A stretch of 64,000 nucleotides of DNA from Amoebophrya sp. A120 (lineage: Eukaryota; Protista; Dinoflagellata), in contig CAJINV010000003.1 of NCBI GenBank assembly GCA_905178155.1, forward strand, positions 8,853,226 to 8,917,225, in the 5' to 3' direction. The stretch's first letter is position 1; every line of letters begins with the position of its first letter. Of this stretch, positions 63,961-64,000 are shown in pieces. The notes beneath the pieces are model-generated. The model was not told the origin of the DNA. It worked only from the letters and a program-made list of their open reading frames with translations, and searched no databases. The position numbers and the translations under genes are program-made.

Positions 63961-64000
63961 ATTAGTTATTGTTATTACTTATTGCTATTACTTAGTCATT

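Overview
Eukaryotic, intron-rich nuclear DNA. Every recognisable gene is on the minus strand. Many introns are non-canonical, bounded by 3-6 bp direct repeats and terminal inverted repeats (TIRs). This combination matches what is described for the syndinian parasite Amoebophrya (introner elements); the taxon is inferred, not proven. Recognisable genes: a type II pantothenate kinase (runs off the window start); very long low-complexity ORFs at 9-23 kb; a multidomain protein ending in an AIFM2/FSP1-like flavoprotein; an LRR protein; a TSP1-repeat membrane protein; and a protein with tandem bPH_1-type PH domains. Non-coding structure includes at least three small introner families sharing a GCATGAC core, two ~1.3 kb CATG-terminated TIR elements, a retro-insertion-like sequence with target-site duplications, a palindromic satellite next to a 1.4 kb duplication and an assembly N, and several hairpins. 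The most unusual feature is at 23.7-27.2 kb: four identical 50-61 bp repeats separated by 0.9-1.4 kb largely unrelated GC-rich spacers. On the minus strand each repeat carries splice signals and encodes a PTAPP-containing peptide. Exon joins were inferred by eye and need RNA-seq confirmation.
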